Part shown: piece after piece, positions 28,101 through 39,900 of the stretch
How the letters are laid out: each line of letters opens with the position of its first letter
Position numbering within the stretch: the first letter of the stretch is position 1
Origin: Chrysomallon squamiferum
Taxonomy: Eukaryota; Animalia; Mollusca
Direction: 5' to 3'
DNA: 64,000 bases
Assembly: GCA_012295275.1 (NCBI GenBank)
Contig: CM022665.1
Location: 19,344,001-19,408,000, forward strand
Notes under the pieces: model-generated
What the model saw: the letters and a program-made list of their open reading frames with translations, nothing else
Told to the model about the DNA's origin: nothing
The model's database searches: none
Position numbers and translations under genes: made by a program

Positions 28101-29792
28101 GTGTATATATGGGTCATGTCACGGTAAATGGAGCCATTGAAGTTTATTGTTTAAAATGGTCAATAAAAGCTGCCAAAAGAATAGATATGTTATTTTTTTT
28201 ATATAACTGGTATTCTTATGCTTTGGGAGGTACGCAAAATAAAATGAAAGCCTAAGGTGATTGAATAAAAACACCCAAGCATGTCCTTCACAAAAATATT
28301 GTGACTGAAGATGGGTGAATATGTGATGTGCAGAACATGCACATTCCTACAGCCCACTATGCCTTTATTTTGCTTCATTATGTCCAAACCAATTAGTGTC
28401 AGGTATCTCAACAGTGAAGTATAATTTGTATAGCTTAATACTTATATGGGTGACTTTTGCTCCTGATTTAGTTCTATATTAACCAAGCTATAGTTGGAAT
28501 GCAGGTGGTCATGCCTGGGGGACATGTGTTTCATGTACTCAGTTATGTCCTGATACAAATTTTAGAAATTTTGGTCAGTCTAGGGATTAAAATGGCTCAC
28601 TTTAACTGTAAATTGTCTTCACTTATGCAGATATATGTTGTCTACATTTAAATGAGAGCTCCTGTAAAGTACATGAATTTAAACTGCAAGATTCAGGTTT
28701 GGTTTTGGATGTAAACTAAGACACGATAATGGCAGATTCTCAATTATATCCAGGCACCAAAACTGATATGGATGTGAATGATGATCATTATTATTCAGTT
28801 ACGTTTTAAGGCCCTCAGCCAACCTTATATGCCTTGAAATATGAGATGTTAATGACCTTTTTTTAATTTTAGTTGGTAGTGGATGTTAACAAGACCAAGG
28901 GTCCATGTTAAATCAACAACATTTTTATGAAAAAAGTGATTCTGTGTCATTTTTCTGTTCAAGTTATGCATGCTTTCTGCAAAGAAAGGAATCAGAATTG
29001 TCCATGGTCAATTGAAAATAAAAGGACATGATCCATTCACCATCCTTTGTGCAGAGATGGATGAAATCATGAGCACTTCAGAGATTTGGAAGCTAAACTG
29101 TGCTAACAATTTTTCTTTGAACTGAACTGGGAAAAAAACATAATAAATCTAAAGATACTTGTACAAATGAAATGAGAAAAATTATTATAAGCATAATAAT
29201 AATAACACTAATAAATAATATTTTTATGAGCACATTTTTCTGTGTGAGCATATGTTTTTTTAATGATGGTGTCCTGTCACATCTACCACCATCCCTGCCA
29301 TATGTAATTCCATGATATTTCCTGTATTAACTGATTTTCCTGTATTAATTGATTTTCCTGCTTTCCTGCCATTGTGGTGTATATAAAAGCATTTATCTGC
29401 TGACATCAAAATTTCAAAAGATTACAGAACTTCAGTAAGTTCTGTAGAAGACTTTTTAAAAAGATTAAATTGTACTGATTTTTATGAGACTGGAGGCACA
29501 GAATTTGTAGCAAGCAGAATTTTCTTTGTGCATAATCAAATATTCCCATGATATTAGCTTTTCATTGTTAATTTGATGGTTCTGATATAATTATTTTGTA
29601 TGGTACACAGTGGTCTTCATGTCCTTTTTACATCATAATTTGCCAGTGATAACTCAGTTACATATGGTTTTTCGGACAAGACAACAATTTCAACCATAAT
29701 TTCCTTCACACTAGTAGTAGTATACCTATGGACAAGTCTTGGTTACATTATTAAAAAATTGAGATACGCACCTTCAATTTTAACTCTCAGTA

Positions 29793-29870
<78 letters not shown>

Positions 29871-32800
29871 AAACCTCCAATGAAAAACAATTTTGTGATA
29901 TATAAAGAAAGATGACAAAAATTCATTTGACAGAAAGTAAAAATATTACTTTGAAACGTAACAATAAATCTGTAAGAATACTGAACATGAACATATTTAC
30001 TGTAAAAATTAACAAAATAAAACAAAATTTAGAACATTTATTTTATGTACTAAAATTACTTAATTCTTTCATCTGAAATATTGTTAGTATATAAGGAGGT
30101 ATAATATTGAAGAAGAATGATTATCAGACAGGATACAAGTTAAAAGTTGATCAGTTATACATTCAAAGCAACTGAAATCAATCTATGTACAAAATTTGTT
30201 ATATTTTATTTATATTATGCTTTAGTCATTTATTGGCAAATTACCCATGATCATGAGAGATCGTCCAGAAAGATAGGTGTTCTCCAGATGTAGGACAGTC
30301 AGAGTGCTACCCAGCTTCAGAGCACGTCCAACAATTGGAACAGATCTTTCATTCAAATCACAGTTTCTCATGTCCAGATATCTGAGATGTGGTGTCTGTA
30401 AAATGTTAGTATGTATTTTAATTTATGATTCAGATAAATTAAAAATAGTAAGATGTCACTCGATTTGCATTGTTTTGTATATAAATTAATAAATTATCTG
30501 AACAATTAAGCATCTTAAAAAATTAAACAATTATTTAAATAATAATAATAATAAATTTAAAACAACATATTTAGTTGAATTTACCAAAAAGATATAGACT
30601 TTCCAGTTTAATACATCAGACATAATAATAAGTATACATATTATGAAAATTAAAAAGTAAATATTTAAAAGGATAAAATAATTTTTAGCCTTACTTTTCT
30701 TATCAGCCTAGCACATGCCTGCCAACCTCTCACTCCAATGTTCTTGTTAAATGATATGTTAAGTTGACAAGCTGAGTCATAATATTCAATCATATCAAAA
30801 AGGGCAACAGCACACTGGAATGGAAAAACAAAAAAATATATTATGAACAATATTATAGGTTGAGAATCATTTATCTGAAATGCTTGGGATTGAATTGTTT
30901 CAGATTTTGGAATATAAGGAGATATAATACAATCCAAGTCTAGATAAGATTTCCATTTCCATTTCCATTTCATATACACCACTTACACAAATAGACAGCA
31001 TGAATTTTGTATAGTATTTATTATATATACATACATACAGAGGACTGTCAAAACCAGATTCACTTGGGACCAACAAGATAAGCCATTTTAGAGTGCAGAT
31101 TTATAAAAATTAAAATCACATGATACTGGAATATGTTTTATTACAAATGTTACATGTCTACTGAATGACAGCTGTGAAATAGTCTGTTACTGATGGCTGT
31201 TTTTCCATATTTCTCTTCAGAGTAAACTCCTCTGACATGGCCTCAATGTTTATCATTGGTTGCAAAAGTCTGTTTTCAATAGTATACCAGCAATCAGTTT
31301 AGTTTGTGTCATCATTTTAAGAACATCAGTTAAAGTTCAGACAGTGTTTGAAAGTTTGTGTGTATTGTCAATCCATTCCTGTTTTTAATTTGCCAGCTGT
31401 TACTCATTATTCTTTGCCGAAATGTCACTTTCGTACAATTGCCTGTAAGGTCAGACTGTTTTAAACTGCATAGCTAATCTTTCTATTTACACAAAGGAGT
31501 TGATGAAAACTTTTCTGTTAATTTCACTTTTGACTGCAATGAAAGCTTGATATGCTGCCATTTTTTAGGTTGCTCTGCCATTACAACAAATTCAATAAGA
31601 CAAAGCTAAATGCACATCATATGTATTTATGCAGACTTCTGCCTTTGAGACAATCTAAATGAGTGAATCTAGCTGCATACAGTAATTACAAGAGGCATGA
31701 CATCAATGTTTATCATACTGTCTGATCATGTGTAAATTGCTTTCACTATTTAAGATGTGATCATACTTGCAGAACTGTATGCCAGTGTCAGAGAATATTT
31801 CCCCCCTTGAATATTTGTTCCCCACATTCTGTGATTATTTTCAGGTGTAGTTCTGTATTATATTTGAAGTAATTACTCTATACAGTGTGTGTCTATTGAA
31901 AATGACTAAATATCACTACAAAATAGGTGGAGAAACAACGGAGGGGGATACATTTATCTGTGTTCACAATCACTACTCCCATCTTGAAAACATGGATTCT
32001 TTATTTATCACTGATAACTTTTATTATGTATAAACCTATTGTAGGCCTATCCATGCCTTCACTCTGAACCATGTTGCACTGAGCCTCAATCTTTTAAATA
32101 AAGTGCTACAATGACACACCTTCTGAAGTTCTGTCAAAATATCAGGACCCAAGTCACTTGTTTGAAGCTGAAATAAGTCCATTGATAAAACTTTTCATTT
32201 TGATATACACCAATGATTATGATGAGGAAGATTAACTAGTGAAGCAGTCAAGCCTATAATGCTATTAAGTATTCTCAACTTCTCAAACAATAGGATAAAC
32301 ATGTCTTAGTACAGTTCGAAAGAATATGTGTAACAGTATATTCTAACAGTGTCAAACTGGTTAAAAAGGCTTACTCAGTACTAGAACACTGTTTCAAGTA
32401 TCTGCTACAAATTACCCAGTCTTTCACAGCATGCCAGTGGTAATCTTCAGTTTATCTTAAATTTTCCTACAAATTTGACTCCCCTGATACTTCAGTATCA
32501 GTCTACCTGAAGCTCCCAGATTGATAAAAAAAAAGAAAAAAAGTAATGATGAATATGCATTAACCAACAATCACTGAATGAAAGTTTGTCTCCTTATTAT
32601 CATATGCATTCTCACCCTGTACATATACATGTAATAAAAATATTCTACTGAATATTCATTGTTGTTTAACATTAGGAATTTCAATAGTTCAAAGGAAGAA
32701 AGTTACTCAGGCAAGGATAATCTGCCCTCCTTCTGATGCTTATGTCTTTATTTTTCTAATTCTTATTTCCATTATCACACTACGGTGAGAAGTAGTACAC

Positions 32801-35350
32801 TGTGAAAATACTGAGGAAAATGATTTATAAAAAATTTATTATTACCCAAGTCTGAAAATTTTACCCTTATTCTATAACTTAAACAATGGGGAACAAATAT
32901 TCATGAGTAGGAACAAAATTTCATTCCCCCAGGTGTACAAATATTCTTTTACACCAGTGTTGACCATACTAATTACTATATAAATTATTATTTTGTTCTG
33001 GAATTTACTCCTGAAATATGAAGTAGACAGCATCCAGATTAGACAATGCTTTGTTCATAACAAATCAGCAATAGCTGGACGAGTACATTGTGTTTATGTT
33101 TATGTATAGATATAGATATATGAAATTTTAAAATTTAAAAAAAAAATGAACATAAAAGAATCCTTTAAAAACTAATATCATAAAACAAGTCTCATTTGAC
33201 AAATTGTCATTATTAAATTTAATTTTTATACTTTGAAAAAGAAAAAAAAAGTTATTTAGAAACACCAGATTTAAATGCATATATTGTAAAAAGCATGTGC
33301 CAAGAAAGAAAATGGTGTAAAATAAATTATTAATTGTCAATCCACTGATTTTCTATCAATTATTTTTTTTAAATATCCTTGTGAAACAATTAATCCAGAA
33401 TAAGAATTTCATTAAAAAATTTAAAAAATAAAAATAAAACAAAGTTAACATTTTACTTTGAAGACTATCCACACTAAGCTACTGGTCACTAGCTCACACT
33501 ATCTTGGAAATTCTGTCAGGATGCTCTATGAAAAGTCAGATTTTACAACTGTCGTTGAAATAACCGTAAAAACACTATTATAATAAGATTCTGCATAAAC
33601 TAATTTATCTTATATTACATGTCTGCCAAATCAGACCTATGGTTCCAGTGAAATTGATGATTTTTTCCATAAATTCTGGTCTAACTCATTAACAAGTTAC
33701 AGTTCTTCAAGCTTTACAGAGCTATGTTTCTTTTGAAATGAAAAATGCAAGACATAATAATAACATTATTTACTGAAAACATTTTAGGAAGTTTCTGTAT
33801 GTATCAGATGATTTTGGAATATATGCAACACAGAGCTCAAATGAGCTAGATAATCACTATTCTGTGATGTTACAACTGATTTTCTGAACGTCTGAGCAAA
33901 AAAAGTTTAGCTTTTTTTTATTAAAAAAAAAATGTATGAACTGAGTATTGTATATTTATACCTCATCATCCAGATGGCTCCCTTCAAGATCTATGATTTG
34001 AAACTGCACACATTTAAGAATCTCTTCAATACATTCACATTGTTTGTGATCAAGTTTTTCACCTAGTTCCAAGAATCAAAAGTTAAATATGAATTCATTA
34101 CCAAGAAAAATAACATACACACATGCAAACCTGAATAAAGCTATATAATGATTTACAATGTCATGATTCTTTGTATTATTTGTTCAAGATAACGTAAAAA
34201 TTCAGTGTGAAGAGCTATTTAATTTAATAACAATAACAAAAATCAAAAAATATATAAATGTATTTCTTAGGTAACAGATTTTAATTATTACAAATATTAC
34301 AACTAAAAGTCGCAAAGTACTGCCTTCAGGACAGCTGTATATGCACATTTACTTTAAATACTCAGAAAACACAATTTACCTTTTAAATTTAGGCATTCAG
34401 CTCTATTTCCATTGTTAACCAGGTTCTAAAATGTGATTGAAGGTAAGTATGAAACTTAAATTGATGTATATATATATAATATATACATGAAATATATATA
34501 TTTCAATGTTGGTTTCTTCTGCTGATATTATTAATGTGCATGTTTTGCAGCTAAATAATTTGTTAGAGTTTAAAAAAAAAAAAAGAAAGTGTTTTATCTT
34601 ATTTCTTGGCTTTTTATTTTAATCTCAGAGAAATCAATAGTATATCAAATAATGCAAAGCCCAAACATTCATGTTTATTATACTTAATATACTGCACAGC
34701 ATAGTTTATGGAATCTTTTATCCTGAATATGGTTCATCATTTTTGGCTATTATAATGAAAATGAAAGAAATGATAGTCTATAATGAATCTACTGTACCTG
34801 AATCTGAGGCAAAAGTTTTGCCAAAGGTTTGGTGCCATGTTTCTCACAACTCTTTTTGTATCTGTAAGCAATCTGTTCACTGTTCCAACCAACCACTAGA
34901 GAAAATACAACTTTAGTTACTAATTTAAAATATGGACATAGCCATGACTGCTGTATCAATATAAATAAATGTCACAAAGAAATATGTTAATGTTCAATTG
35001 TCTTGGAAAATATTTATCATTTTTCTTTTTTTTAATACATATTTTATTTTATTTTCTGTAGCTTCAGTTATTTTCTTAGGTGCAGGACTATACAGTATAA
35101 TACACATACTTGTGTAAATATATATACACACTGATGGCTAACCAAAAGGTGGGGGGGTTTGTTGTTGTTTTTTTGACAGATTACTGACATATATTATTAC
35201 TTAATTTTTCAAAGCAATCGGAGAATACTGGATTTAATTTAATTTAACGAAATAGTGCAATAATGTATTTATTTACCAAATGTAAGAAAGTTATATAAAT
35301 AATAAATATATCAAATTGTTAATTTTCTTAATAAAATAATAAATGTATTC

Positions 35351-35388
<38 letters not shown>

Positions 35389-35742
35389 TTTACGTAAAAT
35401 TAAAAATCAAATAACATGTAAATTGTCAGGTGACCCACCATATTTCCATGGGTCGGGAGGATCCAGGTAACCAGTTACCAATCTGTCGTAAAAATAAACT
35501 CCTCGTGTTTCTTCTTTTCTGATAATTTTTGGATCACTATCAGTGTTAAAATCTGGCAGATCCCCATTTATTAATTCGTTCGGACCATTATCGGTCCCAC
35601 CCCCATCAGAGTTTACATCTTCTACTTCCTGTCCATGGACATCACAGGTTTTGGATTGGTTTAGGTTTGATTCTCCGTTATTGGACGATTTGCTTTCAGT
35701 TGTACAGCCTGTTGATTGACAAGACGGTTCCGTCATTGTCAT
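19173..35742 (-). CDS. PPP1R37: Protein phosphatase 1 regulatory subunit 37 (LRRC68), leucine-rich repeat protein
   Basis: 13 phase-consistent GT-AG exons: 35742-35439, 34895-34798, 34425-34380, 34062-33962, 30814-30695, 30395-30245, 28030-27885, 27537-27412, 27177-27036, 26836-26670, 26393-24860, 24294-24205, 19228-19173. An RVxF-type motif RGVYF is followed by VTGYLDPPDPWK, YKKSCEKHG, LNLKGEKLD, RI-type LRRs (LVLWNN, LDLRENEIKTAGLMALSLA) and a long Ser/acidic tail. The last two exons are less certain. Confidence 0.9.
20021..20163 (+). repeat. ~145-bp dispersed direct repeat, copy B (PPP1R37 last intron)
   Basis: Near-identical to 17810-17954. Confidence 0.93.
20457..23703 (+). mobile_element. 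Tigger/pogo (TIGD4/6-like) transposon, full length but decayed, in a PPP1R37 intron
   Basis: TIRs CAGTAAACCTCGCCTAAGTT (20457, after TA) and AACTTAGGCAAGGTTTATTG (23684-23703) match at 18/20. The disrupted transposase (20664-22261) has an HTH, a CENP-B-type HTH (DVDSALIKWF..INGEMLLQKA), DDE remnants (IYNANEN, RITIFVCTNMDGSDKLP, FLLPNTTRHIQLMD) and a PIP-box-like QTTIEDYF. Multiple stops and frameshifts. Confidence 0.92.
22751..23012. mobile_element. 262-bp Tigger-type MITE nested in the Tigger, with an internal tandem repeat
   Basis: TA on both sides (22749-50, 23013-14). TIRs are CAGTAGAATC...GGACACC / GGTGTCC...GATTCTACTG. Three 57-59-bp units (ACACCATTGTAACCAGGACAAAAGCACCC...TTCAGCCCCAA) span 22773-22947. 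Confidence 0.88.
29795..29866 (+). repeat. (CA)n microsatellite
   Basis: Uninterrupted AC run of about 70 nt. Confidence 0.98.
30856..31020 (+). mobile_element. Tigger4/MER46-like transposon terminal fragment
   Basis: After TA the sequence reads TAGGTTGAGAATCATTTATCTGAAATGCTTGGGA...TTTCAGATTTTGGAATAT...CCAAGTCTA...TTTCATATACACC. This is collinear with my recollection of the MER46B/Tigger4 consensus; not computed. Confidence 0.6.
31038..33090 (+). mobile_element. Non-autonomous Tigger-type element (copy 2), interrupted by a nested TIR element
   Basis: Homologous to 7568-8180 in opposite orientation. A residual Tigger-like N-terminus (LSLQSKVKL) lies on - near 31520-31560. The right end is approximate. 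Confidence 0.65.
31782..32958. mobile_element. Nested TIR element of unassigned superfamily
   Basis: Perfect 17-bp inverted repeat TGAATATTTGTTCCCCA (31808-31824) / TGGGGAACAAATATTCA (32887-32903), plus outer GTGT..AGAATATTT / AAATATTCT..ACAC ends. No TSD identified. Confidence 0.5.
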
Positions 35743-35819
35743 TCCTACATTTTTATAATTCCAGACGTTAAAAACTACTTAATGATTACTATTTAACAAA
35801 ATATAAATTTTTCATCTGT

Positions 35820-36040
35820 TCAGTCTAAGACTCTTGCATGTCAGCCATTTTTCACGTTTGCGTCAGACCACATCCGTTTTTCTATGTAATGTCCATTTTG
35901 ATTGGATAAACCTGTTGTTTAACCAATAATTGTTTCTGTCATTATTTTTCTCACTTCTGGCGGATGTTTCAAAGTATTTAGAAAATTCCGAAGATTTAGT
36001 AATAAGATATTATCTTTTTGGTTTTAAATTGTATTTGTAA
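35820..36040. promoter_or_regulatory. Probable bidirectional promoter of PPP1R37 and VRK1
   Basis: CpG cluster with a YY1-like GCCATTTT (35844-35851) and opposed CCAAT boxes (GATTGG ~35901, CCAAT ~35923). An ETS-like CACTTCTGG is present, and a GTAAGT donor on + at 36037 is consistent with a VRK1 5'-UTR exon. Confidence 0.6.
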
Positions 36041-36378
36041 GTTTTGTCTGCTTGATTTACTTTTGTAAAATCATGTTTCAAAATATTCCGATTCAAACTG
36101 TCATAATCATAAACTGAAATGATTGACAATTAGAATAGTATAATAGTATTGACTGTTTGATGAAAAATTGAAAATAAATTTCTCTATTTTGTAGTCAAGG
36201 AACCAAGATTTGTTCATATATAGTGTGAAGGAAAAGATAGTTGAAATTGCTATCTTGTCACAAAGACCATATCTAAATGAGTAAATCATTGGCAGCCATA
36301 CAAAATAATTTTATTATTTGTAGATTCACACATTTAAATTACTATATGAAGTTATACAATTTGAATGTATTTTTATTG

Positions 36379-36420
<42 letters not shown>

Positions 36421-36961
36421 ACAAAAGGAAACAAAAAAATAAGGAATATATTTCATTTTTTCAGCAATAAAGATTTGATCTTACATATGTTGAAATATCC
36501 CTTCACTGCTAAGCTAAGAGCTGTTTTCCTGGAAGTGGTTTTCTAGGTTTGTTATATTACAACAGTCTGTAATATCAGTTTTAAAGTTTACATACACTTG
36601 AAAAACTATTTTAATTTAATTTAATTTAATTTTTTTTTATAAAGGAAATTTCTTTTATATTTAAATGAAATGATAAATATTAAATTTTAGATGTAAATTA
36701 ACAAATCAGGTTGTATGTAAATGTAATTGAATCATTAACATGATAATTAGAAATGTTTTATGAGGTAAACTGTAGATGATGTTGCAATAAAGTAAATATG
36801 AAACTGAATTGAGGACTGATAAATTCATGAAATTGTCAGAACCTTTCCAAACAAATTCTATTTAATTTATTAAAATAGCAAATTTTATAACTTCAGCTGT
36901 GATAGATTTACTGAAAATTAATTCTTTATATTTTAAGAGACAAAAACAAGAAAAAAGAAAA

Positions 36962-39900
36962 ATGCCAAAGAAAACTACAGTACCCAGAGCTGGTAGGTAT
37001 ATATATATTTATTTATTTATTTATATTTATTTATACATATATATATATATATATATTACTGACTTAAACTAATTTTATAATCAGAAAAATTACTTGAATT
37101 TTATATTTATTAATTCCTATTACTATTATTTTTTATGTTATTTTTCTTTATTTTATTTATTTATTTATTTTTTTAATTTTTTAATTTTTTTATCACCAGG
37201 TATATGAATTTTAATATATTTTGTTTTATTCCAATAAAGTTTAAACAAAAAATAATAGTAAAATAAACATTTTACACACACACACACACACACATACATA
37301 TCAGTTGTGAAATCAAAAAATCAAGTTATCATTAAAATCAGTGCAATAACTCTCTATTCCAGGTATTTTGAAGCCAAGAGGTGCTAAAAAGTGTGTTTTG
37401 CCTGAAGAATTTCAGCCAGGTGAAATTTTGTGTGATGTTGCCAAAAAACAATGGAAATTGGGACCTGTTGTAGGAAAAGGTGGATTTGGGCTCATTTATC
37501 TTGGTATGTAAATCAGCATTTGAAGGTGCTAAATTTAAATGTTATTAAATTGTATTTTACATTATTAAAATGAAAAGGTTATAGTTTTAATTCTTAAAGG
37601 TTTTTTTTCATCTAATTTAAGCAAGTGATGATCTGACAGCCCCAGTGGACACACATGCTTCATATGTAGTAAAAATTGTAAGTGGTGTTCAAATTATAAG
37701 TAATATTTTTGAAACATAGTTTTATTTTTTTAATTATTATTTATTTATTCATTTATTTATTTTTATTTTTATTTATTATTTTTTTTATTGACATAACTAA
37801 CCTGTAGAATTTTATTATTTGTAGATTCACAAATTTGGATTACTTTCAGTTTTGATACAGAAATTCATCATCTATTTTAGCTAGTTTACTGTATAGAATT
37901 TATGATGCTTTTAAGAGATTTTACTGATGTGCATTGTAAATGAATCTTAGAAACAAAACCTAGTTAAAGTGCACATAGTTTCTTAATAAATCAGAAAATA
38001 TTACATTACAGGAGCCACATGATAATGGACCATTATTTTGTGAACTCCATTTCTATCAAAGAGCTGCAAAAATAGAATCAAGTGAGTAATAATTTCTGTT
38101 TTACATTAGCTAAGGTATCTTCTGTTTATTCCTTCTTCTTGCTCAAATATGAAACTGCCCAGAAATAAAATAAAAACAAATAGCATATGGCCAATAATTA
38201 TGATTGGCCAAAGATTTGTAATTATGGTAACAATCCATTAAATCTTAATAAAACTAATAAAACATTTAATACAATTTTTGGTACAATTCTGAGAGCATAG
38301 ATTAGACATTATGTTATAAATTAGCAAAATAATTGTAGAAAAGAAGCCCAACCCTTCAAATAACTTAATTTAATTCAGTATTTTCAATTTTGTTCAGTTG
38401 ATTCCTGGATGCAGGAAAGGAAACTGAAATATTTAGGAGTACCAAAGTACATAAGCACTGGGAAACATATAAAGCATGGCAAATCATACAGATTTATGGT
38501 CATGCAGAGACTGAGCACAGACTTGCAGAAAGTGTTCAGCAGATCACAGACCTTTCTTTCAGAAACTGTTCTGACTCTTGGCTTAAGAATGGTAAATATA
38601 TTTTTACTTATTTATTTTACTTTGCAAATTGATCTTCATTTCATTTTTTTCTTTCTTTCTTTGTGCGTTTTTTCTTTGTTTTTAGTCATTAATATTGTTT
38701 GCAAAGAAATATATTTTTTAAATGTTTCTTTTGCACTAGTTAGTCATTTATTTATAACTGTAGTAGCTATAATTATAAAAAATACATACAAGAATATAAT
38801 TTTAAATTAAATAAGCCTATGAATCCTCAACTTTTACCATTTTAAAACTTATTTATGATCATAACTGGTTAAAATGTTTCTATTTCTGAATTTAGATAGA
38901 TGCACTGGAATATCTTCATGAAAATGAATATGTTCATGCTGACATCAAGGCTGCCAACATGTTGCTCGGTTACAGGTGTGCTAGGATAGTTCAAGATGAG
39001 GTATTATTATCTCTGTAATATAATCTCATAAATTTTGAAATACTTAAATAAATGGAAAGCTTTTATCAGGATTATTAATCCTAAAAAAAAAAAAAAATCT
39101 TTTTCCTTCATTACCAACAGGTAAATGAAAAACTGAACAAAGATGAGAAATGTAAGCCAGTAACACTTAAAGAAATAAAACCATCTCTTTTAATATCTCT
39201 ATATATGTATATATTTAATTATTCAGAAATGCATAAAACTGCTTAATTTATTCCTTGCATGGACTGAGTCATTAATTTTCTTCTTTTTTTTCTTTTTTTC
39301 TCATGTTAAATACAAATAATAGTTTGATTTGTTTTAAAATTAGATGCTATTCATACTGTAATGTTTTCAGATTTATCTAGTTGACTATGGCTTGGCTTTT
39401 CGTTATATGGTCAATGGAATACACAAAGGTTACAAAGAAGATCCACGCAAAGTACACGATGGCACTATAGAATTCACAAGCCGTGATGCACACAGTGGAG
39501 CATGTTGGTTGATTGATTTGTTATTTTTGCTTACAATTAGATAAAACAGTTAGGCCTAAGAAACTATATTAAAGTTCACTTATTTTCCTTCATTGTTACT
39601 TTTTAGTTCCAGGATATATTATGTTAGATATTTATCCCTTATTTATAAAGTTACATACATTTTTGCCTAATTTAATAAAAGTTAAAATGTCTTAAATATT
39701 TTAATTCAGATATAAATGTAAATATATTTCTATGGTAGTGAATGAAATATGTTAATGTTATATAAACACACAAGTAATTTTTCTCATCTACTATACTTCT
39801 ACTACCCTTTGTTGCTTTTCTAAGTTTTATAGTTAAGTTAGAAAGATTAACAGGAAATTAATTAGTATATGTTTTGTTAAACAACTATTAACTTTCCTAC

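Noticed and set aside
29423-29446. Perfect 10-bp hairpin TACAGAACTT-CAGT-AAGTTCTGTA as a Helitron end or terminator
   Set aside because: No CTRR terminus at the expected distance, and it is too short for a miRNA precursor. It lies in unclassified, probably TE-derived intron sequence.
28100-29770. Probable decayed transposon in PPP1R37 intron 6
   Set aside because: The composition is suggestive, but I found no matching termini or recognisable protein motif.
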